The notes beneath the pieces are model-generated. The model ran no database searches. It was given only the letters and a program-made list of their open reading frames with translations, and was not told the DNA's origin. 64,000 nucleotides of DNA, taken from the NCBI GenBank assembly GCA_964422795.1, contig CAYRCL010000002.1, forward strand, positions 50,234-114,233. The letters are read 5' to 3'. This DNA is from an uncultured Chloroflexota bacterium (GTDB lineage: Bacteria > Chloroflexota > UBA11872). A program made the translations under genes and the position numbers. Shown here in pieces: positions 46,319 to 55,560 of this stretch; positions within the stretch are counted from its first letter, which is position 1, and each line of letters begins with the position of its first letter.

Positions 46319-48586
46319 TCAGGTTCTACCTGGATGATCTGGAGAGTTGATCGGTCGAGGCTTGTCTGAATCTCCAACCATGCTGGCGATAGTGCCTGTT
46401 AAAGCAAGGATAGCGATCAGAACCTGATAGCTGATGCCGACAGTATTGCTGTGCATGTCAAAGGGTTGATAGTTCGAGAACAACATCTGGCGAAAAAGCA
46501 TGTAGGTCGGTGCATCGCCGCACGCCCAGCATGGCAGAGCAATCCGATGCTGAAACAGATCAATCGCTTGCACATAGATATCACCCCCACGCAGCAAGGA
46601 TCCTGACTGGTTTCCGTGATAGAACTCCTCGGGCGTTGCGAGTACGTAGAGTTCAGCCGCAATCAGGCTGATGGCAATCACCACGGCAACTGCTCGGAAT
46701 GTGGGGCGTGCGATGATCCGCTGCTCCATCACCCAGGCTGTGCCGGCTGCAATTGTCAGTGTTATCAGTGGTAACCCATGTGCGAAGTGCCGGAATGCCT
46801 CTGTTGGCTGATTCCATCCGGGCGGTATGGGTTCGGCGGCCAACGGAGCGAGTGTGGCGGTCGCCGCCGCTATCGGTAGGGCTGCCAACGCTATGCGTCC
46901 ACGAAAAGCGCGGGTAATACCGACCACAAATAGTAGTGCGAGAGAGGACAGCAGAATCCAACTGCGCAGATCATCAATCAATAAAACACGGACGTAATAG
47001 TTCCACATACCGTCGAACGCGAACCGGAGGTTTGTTTCTAGGCTCGCGGCTGATATTCCTGATGGCCGTGTTGGCCAAGTCGCTTCGGTTGTTAGCGTAA
47101 TGATTCCGGCAAACAAGGCGACGACAACAACCGGGATGCCAGCAGAAAACCAGGTAGCGCGCCGACGTTGGATCAGGACGGCCGCTAGCGCTAGAACGGC
47201 AGCATAGGTCAAACCTTCGGGGCGAGTCATTGTTGCCGCGGCCAACGATAGGCCTAGTAGTCCATGGTCACGGCTTGTAGCCTGCGGCCGCACCGAGCGT
47301 AAGAAAAGCCATCCGGATAGCGCGAGGAGTGCTGAAAAAATGGCGTCGGGTTCGGCTGTTCCGAGTAGATGTATTTGGTATGGCGGGAAGACGGTTATGA
47401 GAACGGAACCGAAGAAGGCTATGGCTCGGTGTTTGCTTGCTTCCCAAAGCGCTAGGTACATAAACGCGGGCAGGAGCGACACGGCCGCAAGGCTGGGAAG
47501 GAGCGCACTGTCGTAGTAGTGGCCAGTAATCAAGAATGACAACCAGATAAGCAGTGGAAATAGTGGAGGTTCTGCCCACGAGCCATCCTGCGCGTAGACG
47601 ATGGATCCTATTGTGAGTGGGTAACCTTGACCGGTCGCGAGACTATCGCTGACAGTCCAGTATCTAATGAGGTCGTCGGCGGTAACAGCGATGTAAGAGA
47701 TGGCTTGGAGCCCGCCTATGCCGATCAGCGTGATCGTAATTAGCGGGGCACGGTGGCTGCGTACTATTCGAGCAAGACGTTCGCGATCGCGGAATGGGTT
47801 CTCGACGTATCCTGCGCGCATGATCCAGAGCACATAAACGCTCAGGATTATCAAGAGGAGTGTCAGCGATTTAGCTCCGCCACTTGTGATCAGGAAATGA
47901 CGTGCCGGTGACTCGATATGAGTTCCTACTGCACCTAGCGTTGGTAACAACAACAGTCCGGACCAAATACGCCGTGTCGAAGTATCGGAGGTATCGATAC
48001 GGATGATTGCCCAAGGTATGAGTAGCAAGAAGACTGCTGGGGCCCAGGCCCACATGACCGGTGGTACGTGGTCGCCAAGCGCAAGCTTCAGGAGAAGGTC
48101 GGTGAGTGCAAGGGACGATGCCACGGTAATCAGCAGATCTCCAATTGCAACGTGGTGTGTCCGGATGCGAATCATCCACGGTTTCATTGTGTTGCCCGCA
48201 CCGCACCGCAGACCAAAACCGGTGGCGAGTACTAACGTCGACAGCATCACTACTCGAGCGCTTAAGGAATCCAATATCTGTAAGGCATAGGTATCGGCGG
48301 TATATACGTAGGCGAGGAGGCTCATGCATCCGAGATGTGGCCAGAGCATGCGGGGTATGAGTGACCTGTCATCGTTCGTGGTACGTCGAGCACTCAGGGT
48401 GGTCAAGACAATTGTGGTAGTTGCGGCAAGGCCGAAGGCGACGGCGTGAGTTCGCGTCATTTCCCAAGGCCGAGTGCGTCCAGCGATGGCTATTGTGGCA
48501 AGGAGCGCCGACACGATGACACCGGTTGCGGCAGCTGTTATGGACAAGGCCTGAATCCATGCTTGGCGGGTAATGCTCACGGGCAA
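46319..48586 (-). CDS. Large polytopic membrane protein, possibly GT-C-type glycosyltransferase (PMT/ArnT-like), tentative
   Basis: 755 aa, at least 15 predicted TM helices, Trp/aromatic-rich loops. No soluble enzymatic motif recognised. Confidence 0.3.
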   Translation of the reverse strand: MPVSITRQAWIQALSITAAATGVIVSALLATIAIAGRTRPWEMTRTHAVAFGLAATTTIVLTTLSARRTTNDDRSLIPRMLWPHLGCMSLLAYVYTADTYALQILDSLSARVVMLSTLVLATGFGLRCGAGNTMKPWMIRIRTHHVAIGDLLITVASSLALTDLLLKLALGDHVPPVMWAWAPAVFLLLIPWAIIRIDTSDTSTRRIWSGLLLLPTLGAVGTHIESPARHFLITSGGAKSLTLLLIILSVYVLWIMRAGYVENPFRDRERLARIVRSHRAPLITITLIGIGGLQAISYIAVTADDLIRYWTVSDSLATGQGYPLTIGSIVYAQDGSWAEPPLFPLLIWLSFLITGHYYDSALLPSLAAVSLLPAFMYLALWEASKHRAIAFFGSVLITVFPPYQIHLLGTAEPDAIFSALLALSGWLFLRSVRPQATSRDHGLLGLSLAAATMTRPEGLTYAAVLALAAVLIQRRRATWFSAGIPVVVVALFAGIITLTTEATWPTRPSGISAASLETNLRFAFDGMWNYYVRVLLIDDLRSWILLSSLALLFVVGITRAFRGRIALAALPIAAATATLAPLAAEPIPPGWNQPTEAFRHFAHGLPLITLTIAAGTAWVMEQRIIARPTFRAVAVVIAISLIAAELYVLATPEEFYHGNQSGSLLRGGDIYVQAIDLFQHRIALPCWACGDAPTYMLFRQMLFSNYQPFDMHSNTVGISYQVLIAILALTGTIASMVGDSDKPRPINSPDHPGRT

Positions 48587-48801
48587 TGTCTATTCACCGT
48601 AAGGTGCTGTATGTGGAGTCGCCGGGTGTGCTAGAGACGGTAGGACGTTCCACTGTCGTGCACAACATATGCGTCCGATCGTTGACCCCGAAAAACCGCA
48701 CGCAGCTTGGAGCGATGGTGTTTACTGTTGACCCCAGGAGCCATTAGGAATGTCTCGAAACGTCTTTGTACGGTGGTGATTGCACGGATGAAGCTGACCT
48801 A

Positions 48802-51800
48802 CTAGTTGCCTATTGCGACGATCCCACTTAGCGGGTGGTAGCTAACGGTGTCATCCTTCAAGCGTACTTGGAGCAGGGGGATGACACGGAGGAACTCCTG
48901 TTTGCCGGTGCTGACATCGAGTTCGGTAACTGTTAGGGCGAGAACATAGTGTCCGTCGCTTATTTGTTTCGATTGTACGCCCGGTTGGACGCCAGTAAGT
49001 TCTAGGGTAGCGGCGTCAAATTCGAGTCGATCTGTAAATCGCTCGGCAGACAGGTCGATTGGACCAAGCCACCACACCGCGGAATCTGCCGGCCCAGCAC
49101 TCGCGAGGATTCCGGCGACGTTCGCGGGATAAAGACGCAATTCGGTGCCGGCCTCCGAAGGTAGGGATGCGGGATTTCGATACCAGATGTGGATTACTAC
49201 GGTTTGTTCGGTGAGTCCCCCATCAAATGCGAGGCCAGCGGTTGCCGGGTCTTTGATGGTGTATATCGAACTGTTTGATCGGATCTGTACAAATGGTGAT
49301 ATTTCGGTGCCAGACCATGCGAAACGAATGTCGGCGCAGCGGTTGTTGGCTATGTGTGTGACTTGGGCCAGACCTGTCAAACGTGAAGGCTGCGTAGCAA
49401 CCGTGAGGATGTCTCCGGGTTCACCGATAAATCGAATTGCGACGTTTGTTGTCGCGGGATCACAGTTCGAAATGATGGTTGGTGGTAGTGGTTGAGACTC
49501 GGGTCCGGGTCGCCAGGTTGGGCTCCACACGTCGGTGTTTACGATGTACGCACGCATGCCGCTACCGCGCCAAATCGCATCCTCACGATCTAGGCCAAAT
49601 GCAATTGGCACATGTGCGTCGTGAAGGACGACCAGCCCTGGTCGAATATGGTCGATGGGTGTGTAAGCAAAGCGGGCACTTGTTCGTGGGAGGTAGGTTG
49701 GAGGTCCGAAGACGCGCTGATTTGGTCCCAAGTTAAGTAGAAGGGATTGGCGTTGTGGCTGGGATAGGAAGCCAGCGATGGTCACAGCCGCGGTTTGGTT
49801 GGCTAAGGCCGCTAGCTGACGGAAGCTTGCTGGATGAGTTGTAGTCACCCCGGCACTCGGTTGAATCTCGTATACGCGTAGTGCTTGGCCGCTGAGGCTA
49901 CGTTGCTCGGTGAGGAGCCGGAATTGGTAGGGATCGTTGAGTGCAGCCAGGGCGGTCTGATCTAGTCTCTCGATGAGGTCGGGTGTTGTATACAGATGAG
50001 AGGGTTTGAGTGTGTCCAGGTCGTCCTGTGCGAGGAACGTGATGGCGTCCATATAGACCGGTGTATTAAGAGGATTGAACAAACCGAGATTGTCGCCTGA
50101 CATAGGTGCGGCAAGACCGGTTGCTAACGATACTAATGGCGGGTTGGTGCGCAGGACTCGGGCTTCGGTGGGCAGGCTATCTCGCATCCATATGAGTGCT
50201 GGCCACTGGTCACGTAACGCAGCGGCAAATCGTGTGGGATTGGCATACCGAATTTGATCGCTGTGGATGGTTGGATATCCCAGGTCGATGCCCTGGATTG
50301 CATTGTTTCCGGATCCAATCAGCCGTGGTGCTGTTGTAGGTACGGCGATCATCGCGGTGAGGGCCACACCGAGCGCGATTCGTAGGCCAACCGGCTTTAT
50401 CTTCGCTATGACGAGTCCCAACCCGATAAGCGTCCCAAGCGCAGCGAGCGTGTACGGAATATCCAATAGCCGTGTATCGATACCTGAAACTTCGAAACTC
50501 AAGACTTGTCGTAGGACGAGGCCACCTACGGATACCGTAGCCAGAAAACCAAGCCCGCGCGATCGAAACCAGCATGCGGCCATCCCAACCCCTAATACGA
50601 GGCCAAGGGGTCCGATTAGGAGGTTGAATCCTGATTCGGATATGTGGCCGAACGAGAGTGGCTGTATTTCTGGAAGAATGCGCAGGCTGGTTCCCGTGCC
50701 ACCCGGATTCCGGAACAAGGCGTCGGTGATTGCTCCGCCACCAAGTGTTGCGAGAAGTAGGCCGCCAACAACCGCGATGCTCCAGGTCAACTGTTGGTGC
50801 CGGTGACGAGTCCAGATCGTGATGCCGAGGTAGGCAAGGGTTCCAACGGCTCCGATGGCAAACACGGCGGTCTCGGCGAGTGGAAGTAATCCAAGCGTCA
50901 GACCAAAGACCCCGGCTCGTTGACCGGTAGGCTCAGCGTTCGCGATCGCTGCCATGAGAAGGATGAACGCGATACCGAGTGCAAAGTGCGGAAGGTTTAG
51001 GTGTGCTGGACCTACGCCCAGGAAAAGCGCTTGGTTCGGAGGGGGTCCAAACTGCAGCAAGACGTCTCCGAACCCGGACATCTTGCTGTGTTCGGTAAAC
51101 GCCGTTGGTAGACCAGCGGTAAGAAATGGTGCTTGAGGGCCAGCGAAAGTTGTGACCAATCCAGCGCCGAGGGCGACGAGTCGTGGTGCACCAAAGTCCA
51201 AACCGACGGTCGTTGCTGTGATGGCCACGATGACGGCGAGGAATGGTGAGAGAAGAAAGAATGCGGTCCACGGTGCTGTCCCACTTATGTTCATCATTGA
51301 GGCTGCGAGGAGATCAGAGCCGTAGTGGTAGGCAGCACCAAAATCTGGCGAGAAGGGAGATACGGGCGGAAATAGGCCCCGCGCTATGGTGGCGGCGAGC
51401 GGCAGATGCCATGGCTCATCGGTGAACAGAAGGTGGGTGCGATTGGCGAGCGCGAGATACAGGATTGCGGCGACTAGAAGCACGGATAAGCCGAGCCCTA
51501 TATATGTTGATCGAGACCACGATGGAGTTGTTGGCCCGAAGCCTGTCTTAATCGCAATGAGCGATGAAAGCCCGAGTGCCGTGATGATTCCCATCCAACT
51601 GCCGACAACGCCAGGACTGATCAGTGCCAACATATTGGCAGTGAGTAAATTTAGGCCAATACCCAACACCGGCGTGTATCCGATCCACAGCAGGCCGTGT
51701 CGTGAACTAAAGATCGTTCGTGCAATAGGGATGCCGCTTACGACAACGAGGCTGAGGAATATCGCGGCTTTGACTAGTGCCGGCCACACAGGTTCTGTTG

Positions 51801-51810
51801 GGTTCAACAT
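48802..51810 (-). CDS. Very large membrane protein: N-terminal polytopic domain + about 500-aa C-terminal extracytoplasmic domain (Emb/Aft-like architecture), tentative
   Basis: 1002 aa. The first about 500 aa are hydrophobic helices; the remainder is a soluble beta-rich region. The architecture resembles GT-C arabinosyl/mannosyltransferases. Confidence 0.3.
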   Translation of the reverse strand: MLNPTEPVWPALVKAAIFLSLVVVSGIPIARTIFSSRHGLLWIGYTPVLGIGLNLLTANMLALISPGVVGSWMGIITALGLSSLIAIKTGFGPTTPSWSRSTYIGLGLSVLLVAAILYLALANRTHLLFTDEPWHLPLAATIARGLFPPVSPFSPDFGAAYHYGSDLLAASMMNISGTAPWTAFFLLSPFLAVIVAITATTVGLDFGAPRLVALGAGLVTTFAGPQAPFLTAGLPTAFTEHSKMSGFGDVLLQFGPPPNQALFLGVGPAHLNLPHFALGIAFILLMAAIANAEPTGQRAGVFGLTLGLLPLAETAVFAIGAVGTLAYLGITIWTRHRHQQLTWSIAVVGGLLLATLGGGAITDALFRNPGGTGTSLRILPEIQPLSFGHISESGFNLLIGPLGLVLGVGMAACWFRSRGLGFLATVSVGGLVLRQVLSFEVSGIDTRLLDIPYTLAALGTLIGLGLVIAKIKPVGLRIALGVALTAMIAVPTTAPRLIGSGNNAIQGIDLGYPTIHSDQIRYANPTRFAAALRDQWPALIWMRDSLPTEARVLRTNPPLVSLATGLAAPMSGDNLGLFNPLNTPVYMDAITFLAQDDLDTLKPSHLYTTPDLIERLDQTALAALNDPYQFRLLTEQRSLSGQALRVYEIQPSAGVTTTHPASFRQLAALANQTAAVTIAGFLSQPQRQSLLLNLGPNQRVFGPPTYLPRTSARFAYTPIDHIRPGLVVLHDAHVPIAFGLDREDAIWRGSGMRAYIVNTDVWSPTWRPGPESQPLPPTIISNCDPATTNVAIRFIGEPGDILTVATQPSRLTGLAQVTHIANNRCADIRFAWSGTEISPFVQIRSNSSIYTIKDPATAGLAFDGGLTEQTVVIHIWYRNPASLPSEAGTELRLYPANVAGILASAGPADSAVWWLGPIDLSAERFTDRLEFDAATLELTGVQPGVQSKQISDGHYVLALTVTELDVSTGKQEFLRVIPLLQVRLKDDTVSYHPLSGIVAIGN

Positions 51811-52068
51811 AGGTGCGCTTGTGATCTCCGCCGATGGAGCCTGTTGATTACGCTTTAGGACGGCCTATTGGGCGTAGCTTCATTTACGTGTCGGCAACAC
51901 AATTCTGCGCCGAAGCACGTGAGCCGTACGGATCGTCTCTTCCCCCAAGTGTACGTGCTCTTCCGTGCGATTCTCGCTGTTCGACAACGTTGTTACGGAC
52001 CGCTGCAGCACGTGAGAGTCTGCGATCGCGGGAAGGAAACACGCAGCCCTGGTAGGGCATAGACTTTC

Positions 52069-53031
52069 GTGTCAACGTCTACGAGATTGGGAGGTCTAGT
52101 TGTGGCGCAGTATGAAGTGCGTGAGCTCCAAAGTTCGGTGCCGGATGGGTGGAAGCAGCTTAAGGTCTATGCTGATGGTCGCTACCTTGGCGCGTTGCAA
52201 CAGGGAAAATTCCGTCCGTACATATATCCCCTATTCAGCCCTGCCGGACACAATGTGCTCCAGATTGCGCCAGTAGACCATTTACATCATCTCGGGATCT
52301 GGTTCTCTCACTCGGCTATTCGTCCTTTGGGTTCCCGTCGGGAGCCGCAGAGTTCCCTAGACGCATCGTGGAGCGATCAGTCGTCTGAACAGGCTATGCC
52401 GGAGATCGATTTTTGGGGTACGGAGAGCTTTCTCCCGGGCCCGTTGCCACGCATCCTTGTACGGTCTACGCAATGGGAGATTGGTGATCGAGGTGTTCAG
52501 TTTCAGCAGATGATCGAATGGCAGGACGACGCGGGCCAAACGGTATTGCGTGAACGTCGTCTTACAGTAATGGCGGCTGGACCTTCGGGAAACCACGTGG
52601 ATCTGGTGACAACACTGGAGGCGCCTGGGGGTTCTGTGGAGTTTGGTCAAATTAAAGATGCTGGGATTGGTGTCCGTGTATCGGACGAAATTGATGTGTT
52701 GGATGGTGGACGGATAGTCAACGCCGATGGAGATGAGAATGAGGCTGAAACGTTTGGAAAGGCATCGGCTTGGGTGGACTATTCGGGTCCCGTGACACCT
52801 GACGCCATTGCGGGTGTTGCGATGTTTCCGTTTCCCAACGCTGCTGGAATCCCGTGGCACACCCGTGACTATGGGCCAATGTGGATCAATCCGTGGCAGG
52901 ACTCAGCCATGACCCTTGCGGCGGGCGAGACCTACTCCATTGGTGCACGATGTCTGGCTCATGACAGATCGTGTGAGGAGGCTGATGTAGCTCGTTTCTT
53001 TGCTGAGTTCCAGAAGGAACACAGCGTTTAG
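52069..53031 (+). CDS. PmoA-like / DUF6807-family protein (tentative)
   Basis: 320 aa. His-rich block VDHLHHLGIWFSH reminiscent of the DUF6807 (PmoA-like) family. Assignment from memory only. Confidence 0.3.
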   Translation: MSTSTRLGGLVVAQYEVRELQSSVPDGWKQLKVYADGRYLGALQQGKFRPYIYPLFSPAGHNVLQIAPVDHLHHLGIWFSHSAIRPLGSRREPQSSLDASWSDQSSEQAMPEIDFWGTESFLPGPLPRILVRSTQWEIGDRGVQFQQMIEWQDDAGQTVLRERRLTVMAAGPSGNHVDLVTTLEAPGGSVEFGQIKDAGIGVRVSDEIDVLDGGRIVNADGDENEAETFGKASAWVDYSGPVTPDAIAGVAMFPFPNAAGIPWHTRDYGPMWINPWQDSAMTLAAGETYSIGARCLAHDRSCEEADVARFFAEFQKEHSV

Positions 53032-53100
53032 ACATACTCAAGGGCGCGAAGTGTTCGTGATTGCAGGCATCTTGTGTAGACGGCCGATCCGAAGGGCTTC

Positions 53101-54189
53101 ATGTCCGATTCGTCGGAGAGGAACAAACAAATGGCTCAGAGCTTCACCATGATGGTTGGAACAGTCGGTGGTGGCCTGAATGTGAGTGCTGATGGCGGTG
53201 AGACGTGGACACATATTGGTACGGGCGGCAGATTGCCGCCGGCGGAGTGTGACGTGCGTGCACTCACTGTGTATCCCAACAATCCGGCAAGGGTTCTGGC
53301 GGGCACTGACGCGGGTGTTTACCGCACAGAGAACCGTGGGTCGACCTGGGAACTGTTGGATTCGCTTATGAACACGGAATGGCCGGCACGCGTCCATCGT
53401 TCATCGCCTAAATGGCCACTCCAGAACGTGGTGATCTGGGCCATCACGATTGATCCCGTAGAGCCAGACACCATATTTGTCGGCACGAGGCCCGGGGCGT
53501 TTCGCTCAAGGGATGACGGGAAGACCTGGGATGAATTGTCACTCAATGTCCGAATGGATGGTCCGATTGGGACACCTCGCACGACAATCATGTTGGTCGA
53601 TCCTCGGGATCACCGGACGATCTGGGCGGGTACTGAGGTTGACGCGGTTTACCGGAGCACGAACGGTGGTGATACCTGGACCCGTATGCCAGAGGTTGGC
53701 CCTCAGCGTATGGCTGGGGACATCCATGGTTTGGTGATCAAGCCGGGTAATCCGGCAACCACTTACTGCACAACTCCACATGGATTTTCTACTAGTACAG
53801 ATGACGGTGCGAGTTGGGACTTACATGAGTTCCCACAATTCAACACGCCGAACTGGAAACCAGGGGACGGTTCGGCCTACTGCCGGACCATCTTTGTGAA
53901 GCCGGACAATCCTGAAGTCATGCTTGTTGGTACAGGCGACGGTATCCCCGGGGACACCGGGGCCATCCGTCGCACTCGTGATGGTGGCAAGACATGGGAC
54001 GTGCCAGAACTCCCTGTTAAGCCAAACTCAGTTCTTTACGGCTTTGCCGCGCATGTGGCTATGCCTGACACCATTGCCGCGCATAGTGTGAATGGCTATG
54101 TATACCTCAGTGACGATGGCGGGAACTCGTGGCGGAAGCTGCGAAAAGAATTTGGGCAAATTCGGTCTTTGGCGTTATGTCCCAATTAG
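53101..54189 (+). CDS. Seven-bladed Asp-box (BNR) beta-propeller protein (GH74/sortilin/Ycf48-like)
   Basis: 362 aa with seven S/T-x-D-G-G-x-T-W Asp-box repeats (SADGGETW, ENRGSTW, RDDGKTW, TNGGDTW, STDDGASW, TRDGGKTW, SDDGGNSW). Confidence 0.6.
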   Translation: MSDSSERNKQMAQSFTMMVGTVGGGLNVSADGGETWTHIGTGGRLPPAECDVRALTVYPNNPARVLAGTDAGVYRTENRGSTWELLDSLMNTEWPARVHRSSPKWPLQNVVIWAITIDPVEPDTIFVGTRPGAFRSRDDGKTWDELSLNVRMDGPIGTPRTTIMLVDPRDHRTIWAGTEVDAVYRSTNGGDTWTRMPEVGPQRMAGDIHGLVIKPGNPATTYCTTPHGFSTSTDDGASWDLHEFPQFNTPNWKPGDGSAYCRTIFVKPDNPEVMLVGTGDGIPGDTGAIRRTRDGGKTWDVPELPVKPNSVLYGFAAHVAMPDTIAAHSVNGYVYLSDDGGNSWRKLRKEFGQIRSLALCPN

Positions 54190-54429
54190 GGCGGTGAGAT
54201 CGGTTGTCTTGCCGCTACTCTTGTGTGGGTCTCCTAAATAAAGTCGCCACATGATGGTGGTAGGAAATACCAGTCACTCTGCCCCCTCGGTACGCACGAA
54301 ATTCGACGGTAGAGAACTTATCAGGACCGAAAGGCTCTGTTGGGACTGATGTCATTCGTGGTTATATCCACCCAGACGAGTTGAACCCCACCGATTCCCA
54401 GGGCATGTTCGTGACGATGCAACGCAGGG

Positions 54430-55437
54430 TCATGTTCGGGATTCGGCATCGTCTCGGGCTGCGAGCGTCCAACGGTGAGACTCGATTGCATCGAAGGCGG
54501 TTATAACAGGTGTGGTATTGCCCTGGATCGCCGATGCAAAGTCCTCAACAAGACCAGCCATGGCATCTGGTTGGGCGACCGAGGTGGCAGCCTCAGCGGT
54601 CTGCGAGCTTACGGTTCCACGCTTGTTGATCAGGAGACTACGGGTAGCGGAGTCAACAATTTCAAGGTGACCTTCCGTACCTTCAATGATGAGCCGACGA
54701 TCACCGTGGGTGGGGTCCTCGTCGGGCGTGAGCCACGACGATCGACAGATGGCGACGGTTTCGTTCGTCATCCGTAGGTAGACGCTGGCATAGTCGGAGA
54801 GTCCGTGGTCGCCAAATCGCGCGGCCCCTTCGTCGGCCACAACCATCGCGGGCTCAACCTGGTGCATCCAGCGAGCGGCGTCGACGTCGTGGATGGTGAG
54901 ATCCAGCAGCGAGCCCCCGTAACGGTGCCGTTCGAACATCCACCCCGGACGCCGGGCTATGTTCAGCTTGTGGGGTCCCTGGGCATACGATCCGACAATA
55001 TCGCCAATGTCACCGCGTTCGATGGCCTGCTTGGCCGCGACGAACAGGGGTGTAAAACGAAGGCTCAATGCGCATGACAGCACGGCGTCGCTAACTGATG
55101 CGGCCTGTTCCACGGCACGCAATTGTTCGTGTGAGATGACCATAGGCTTATCCGCGAGGACGTGTACACCAGCAGCGAGCGAAGCGCAGATGATGTCCGC
55201 GCGTTCATCATTAATGGCACCAATTACGACCGCATCAACGAGTTCGTTTTCAAGCATGTCCTGGTAGTTGGTGATAGCTGGAACGCCAAGCTGTGTGGCT
55301 GCGGCGGTCCGGGACTCAGTGTCAGGCTCAGCCAATCCAACAAGAGTAAAAGCGTCGTTTGAACGGACGGCCTCGGCGATCTCGAGGACGTGCCAGTGAC
55401 GTGTGCCAAACACGGCGAAACGAATAGGGTGTTCCAT
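54430..55437 (-). CDS. Gfo/Idh/MocA-family oxidoreductase
   Basis: 335 aa. N-terminal Rossmann (RFAVFGTRHW) and EKP-type motif (ADKPMV). Confidence 0.8.
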   Translation of the reverse strand: MEHPIRFAVFGTRHWHVLEIAEAVRSNDAFTLVGLAEPDTESRTAAATQLGVPAITNYQDMLENELVDAVVIGAINDERADIICASLAAGVHVLADKPMVISHEQLRAVEQAASVSDAVLSCALSLRFTPLFVAAKQAIERGDIGDIVGSYAQGPHKLNIARRPGWMFERHRYGGSLLDLTIHDVDAARWMHQVEPAMVVADEGAARFGDHGLSDYASVYLRMTNETVAICRSSWLTPDEDPTHGDRRLIIEGTEGHLEIVDSATRSLLINKRGTVSSQTAEAATSVAQPDAMAGLVEDFASAIQGNTTPVITAFDAIESHRWTLAARDDAESRT

Positions 55438-55560
55438 AATTAGGCCTCACGCGAAGTGTGGGAGCGGCCAACGGCCTGCTCCGTTGAGAGGGAAAAGCAA
55501 ACCGGCCGGTATCCGAAGATACCGGCCGGTTCGAAGCACGGTTGTGCTGAAGCGATCAGA

